Of a stretch of 64,000 nt of DNA, positions 60,468 through 64,000 are shown piece by piece (position 1 is the stretch's first letter; each line of letters starts with the position of its first letter). A model generated the notes under the pieces. It saw only the letters and a list, made by a program, of their open reading frames with translations, did not search any database and was not told the DNA's origin. The position numbers and the translations under genes are program-made. Source of the DNA: Macrostomum hystrix (lineage: Eukaryota; Animalia; Platyhelminthes); contig CATNEN010000041.1 of NCBI GenBank assembly GCA_950097015.1, positions 2,108,001 to 2,172,000 of the forward strand, written 5' to 3'.

Positions 60468-61004
60468 ATGGTATCTCAGCTAGCCATGATATCTGATATG
60501 ATATATGGTATCTCAGCTAGCCATGATATCTGATATGATATATGGTATCTCAGCTAGCCATGATATCTGATATGATATATGGTATCTCAGCTAGCCATGA
60601 TATCTGATATGATATATGGTATCTCAGCTAGCCATGATATCTGATATGATATATGGTATCTCAGCTAGCCATGATATCTGATATGATATATGGTATCTCA
60701 GCTAGCCATGATATCTGATATGATATATGGTATCTCAGCTAGCCATGATATCTGATATGATATATGGTATCTCAGCTAGCCATGATATCTGATATGATAT
60801 ATGGTATCTCAGCTAGCCATGATATCTGATATGATATATGGTATCTCAGCTAGCCATGATATCTGATATGATATATGGTATCTCAGCTAGCCATGATATC
60901 TGATATGATATATGGTATCTCAGCTAGCCATGATATCTGATATGATATATGGTATCTCAGCTAGCCATGATATCTGATATGATATATGGTATCTCAGCTA
61001 GCCA
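60468..61004. repeat. 37-bp minisatellite (ATGGTATCTCAGCTAGCCATGATATCTGATATGATAT), ~14.5 copies
   Basis: Period 37; units appear identical. Confidence 0.97.
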
Positions 61005-61454
61005 AGCATGTTCTACAATCCAATTTATCAGCATTTGCTATTTAAAATACTTTTTCTTACAATTTAGTATTTAGTATTATATTTGCTACTATTTTTTATT
61101 TTCTATAGTAGTTCCTTGGTCACATTCCATAGTTTGAGTTGGACTGGTGAGTTTTTGTGCATTCAGTTTCTAAAGCCTTTTCACTCTCTAAATAAACTGA
61201 CCAAAGGCCAAAGAGCCACACCCGGACAACTGCCCTCCGATTGCAGCTGGCTGCCATTGTACGGCTTCACTGCTGACAGTTGCGCCTTCATTTATTTGCC
61301 TTTTTTATTATGTGCCGTCGGCTTGCTACTCGCAGCCGCCTACTTGCAGTAGAGCAACCAGTTTTATGCACTACTTTTTCTGTTTCGTTTTAGGATCTTA
61401 TATAACTAGCTAATTCAAATCATTTTTGCATTGCGTTCCGTTCTGAGCGTTTTT

Positions 61455-61885
61455 TTGGCCCGCCCCTGATTGGCTGCCTAATTCTGAGGCGCCACCCTCT
61501 AACGAAGCCCGCTCCTTGCCTGATTGACTGCAATTCTCAGACCCCACCCCACCCGCACCAGATTGGCTTTCTAACTCTTAGCACCACGACAAACCACCCC
61601 ACTCTGCGCCTGATTGGCTGCTAAATTCTGATGCCCACACGAACCAAACTCCACTCCGCGTCGGATTAGCTGTCTAATTTTGAAGCCTCGCCAAAACTAC
61701 CCCACTCCGCGCCTGATTGGCTGTCTAACTCTTAGACACCACGACAAACCACCCCACTCCGCACCTGATTGGCTGCTAAATTCTGACGCCCACCCGAACC
61801 AAACTCCACTCCGCGTCGGATTAGCTGTCTAATTTTGAAGCCTCGCCAAAACTACCCCACTCCGCGCCTGATTGGCCCTACAATT
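61455..61885. repeat. Degenerate ~51-bp repeat carrying CTGATTGGCT (reverse CCAAT)
   Basis: GATTGG/GATTAG cores near 61468, 61522, 61561, 61612, 61665, 61715, 61767, 61820, 61870. Confidence 0.75.
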
Positions 61886-62335
61886 TTAAGGCCCCGCCCA
61901 CTCCTGCTATTTTAACTTGAGTCTCTTGAACTCCCAGTCGATACCACATATCTGGTCTAGGGATTGTTATGGCTAGCATAATAAAAGTATTCTCAATGTG
62001 AGTCAACTCTGAGTAATTTGCTGTAACCGATACTAATTTATGTTTCTTAATTAATTGTTTCGATCTGGTGTATTGTAATTTTTTCTTCCTTTGCCCGAGA
62101 TAATCTGAGCACCGCTTTCTTTAACAATTGTGCTTTCCTGTGTTTGACTCACCCGGCTGTGTCAATCACCTGGCTTTTTTAACTTTAAGGTTTTCATAAG
62201 GGTGTTAGTCCAACCAACTATTCCCATACTAGTAGCATGCAGTTATTATTTGTGTGCCACAATGCACCATTTTGCTTTCTCTTGCAAAGTCTAACATGAC
62301 CCGCCAACCACCCCACCTCCGTTGCCACATTTAAG

Positions 62336-62396
62336 GTTACTTTGACGACACCATCGACTGCAACTTCGTTGAAGTAATCGTGGAAGACTTTCCAAG
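62336..62396 (+). CDS. Possible small dlg exon (GYFDDTIDCNFVEVIVEDFP)
   Basis: Open frame from a phase-1 acceptor to donor AAG|GTTTGT; splice sites are weak and no homology recognised. Confidence 0.3.
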
Positions 62397-62479
62397 GTTT
62401 GTTACTGCTGTCAGTTGCACTGTTGCTGTTGTCTGTTTGTTGTTAAACTAGTGCTTTTCCACACTTTAACTGCTTCTAT

Positions 62480-64000
62480 CCGTTCCTGATTCCCAGATTC
62501 GATCCCAACCCTCCCTGATCTCAAATTCGATCCCAACCATTCCTGATTCTCAGATTCGATGCCAACCATTCCTGATTCCCAGATTCGATCCCAACCCTCC
62601 CTGATCTCAAATTCGATCCCAACCATTCCTGATTCTCAGATTCGATCCCAACCATTCCTGATCCTCAGATTCGATCCCAACCATTCCTGATCCCCAGATT
62701 CGATCCCAACCCTCCCTGATCTCAAATTCGATCCCAACCATTCCTGATTCTCAGATTCGATGCCAACCATCCCAGATCCTCAGATTTGATCCCAACCATT
62801 CCTGATCCCCAGATTCGATCCCAACCATCCCAGATCCTCAGATTTGATCCCAACCATTCCTGATTCTCAGATTCGATGCCAACCATTCCTGATCCTCAGA
62901 TTCGATCCCAACCATCCCAGATCCTCAGATTTGATCCCAGCCATTCCTGATTCTCAGATTCGATGCCAACCATTCCTGATCCTCAGATTTGATCCCAACC
63001 ATTCCTGATTCTCAGATTCGATCCCAACCATTCCAGATCCTCAGATTTGATCCCAACCATTCCTGATCCCCAGATTCGATCCCAACCATTCCTGATCCCC
63101 AGATTCGATCCCAACCATTCCTGATCCCCAGATTCGATCCCAACCATTCCAGATCCTCAGATTTGATCCCAACCATTCCTGATTCTCAGATTTGATCCCA
63201 ACCATTCCTGATTCTCAGATTCGATGCCAACCATTCCTGATCCTCAGATTCGATCCCAACCATCCCAGATCCTCAGATTTGATCCCAGCCATTCCTGATC
63301 CCCAGATTCGATCCCAACCATTCCTGATCCCCAGATTCGATCCCAACCATTCCTGATCCCCAGATTCGATCCCAACCATCCCAGATCCTCAGATTTGATC
63401 CCAACCATTCCTGATTCTCAGATTCGATGCCAACCATTCCTGATCCTCAGATTCGATGCCAACCATTCCTGATCCTCAGATTTGATCCCAACCATCCCAG
63501 ATCCTCAGATTTGATCCCAACCATTCCTGATTCTCAGATTCGATGCCAACCATTCCTGATCCTCAGATATGATCCCAACCATTCCTGATTCTCAGATTCG
63601 ATCCCAACCATTCCAGATCCTCAGATTTGATCCCAACCATTCCTGATTCTCAGATTCGATGCCAACCATTCCTGATCCTCAGATTCGATCCCAACCATTC
63701 CTGATTCTCAGATTCGATGCCAACCATTCCTGATCCTCAGATTCGATCCCAACCATTCCTGATCCCCAGATTCGATCCCAACCATTCCTGATCCCCAGAT
63801 TCGATCCCAACCATCCCAGATCCTCAGATTTGATCCCAACCATTCCTGATCCCCAGATTCGATCCCAACCATCCCAGATCCTCAGATTCGATCCCAACCA
63901 TTCCTGATCCCCAGATTCGATCCCAACCATCCCAGATCCTCAGATTTGATCCCAACCATTCCTGATCCCCAGATTCGATCCCAACCATTCCTGATCCCCA
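62480..64000. repeat. 29-bp GATC-rich minisatellite (CAGATTCGATCCCAACCATTCCTGATCCC), >50 copies, truncated by window end
   Basis: Period 29 (63071, 63100). Confidence 0.97.

Noticed and set aside
7621-64000. Tandem arrays as CRISPR arrays
   Set aside because: No unique spacers, no cas genes, eukaryotic context

Overview
Animal (metazoan) nuclear DNA, not prokaryotic. It has GC-rich exons with GT-AG introns, and many introns carry unrelated minisatellites. This style suggests a Macrostomum-like free-living flatworm, which is inference only. Left to right: (1) a candidate first coding exon of a minus-strand secreted or membrane protein; (2) a complete 11-exon laminin alpha-1/2 gene (~3258 aa) with an arginine-rich insert in LG3; (3) two tandem minus-strand paralogs with no introns in the coding sequence and an unusual HEPN(RxxxxH)-TPR-Sel1-MYND architecture, one intact and one carrying a 1-nt frameshift plus one in-frame TAA; (4) a divergently oriented ankyrin-repeat Ser/Thr kinase; (5) a minus-strand RING/U-box + SAFB-type RRM gene; (6) a train of inverted-repeat elements and a decayed copy of part of that gene's exon; (7) a CpG-rich probable bidirectional promoter; (8) the 5' part of discs large (L27, PDZ1, PDZ2), which continues past the window. 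The most interesting signals are the candidate HEPN RNase sensor-effector pair beside the ANK-kinase, and sharply bounded CpG-depleted blocks that match first introns or outrons and show direct CpG->TpG/CpA/TpA decay. All counts were made by eye.
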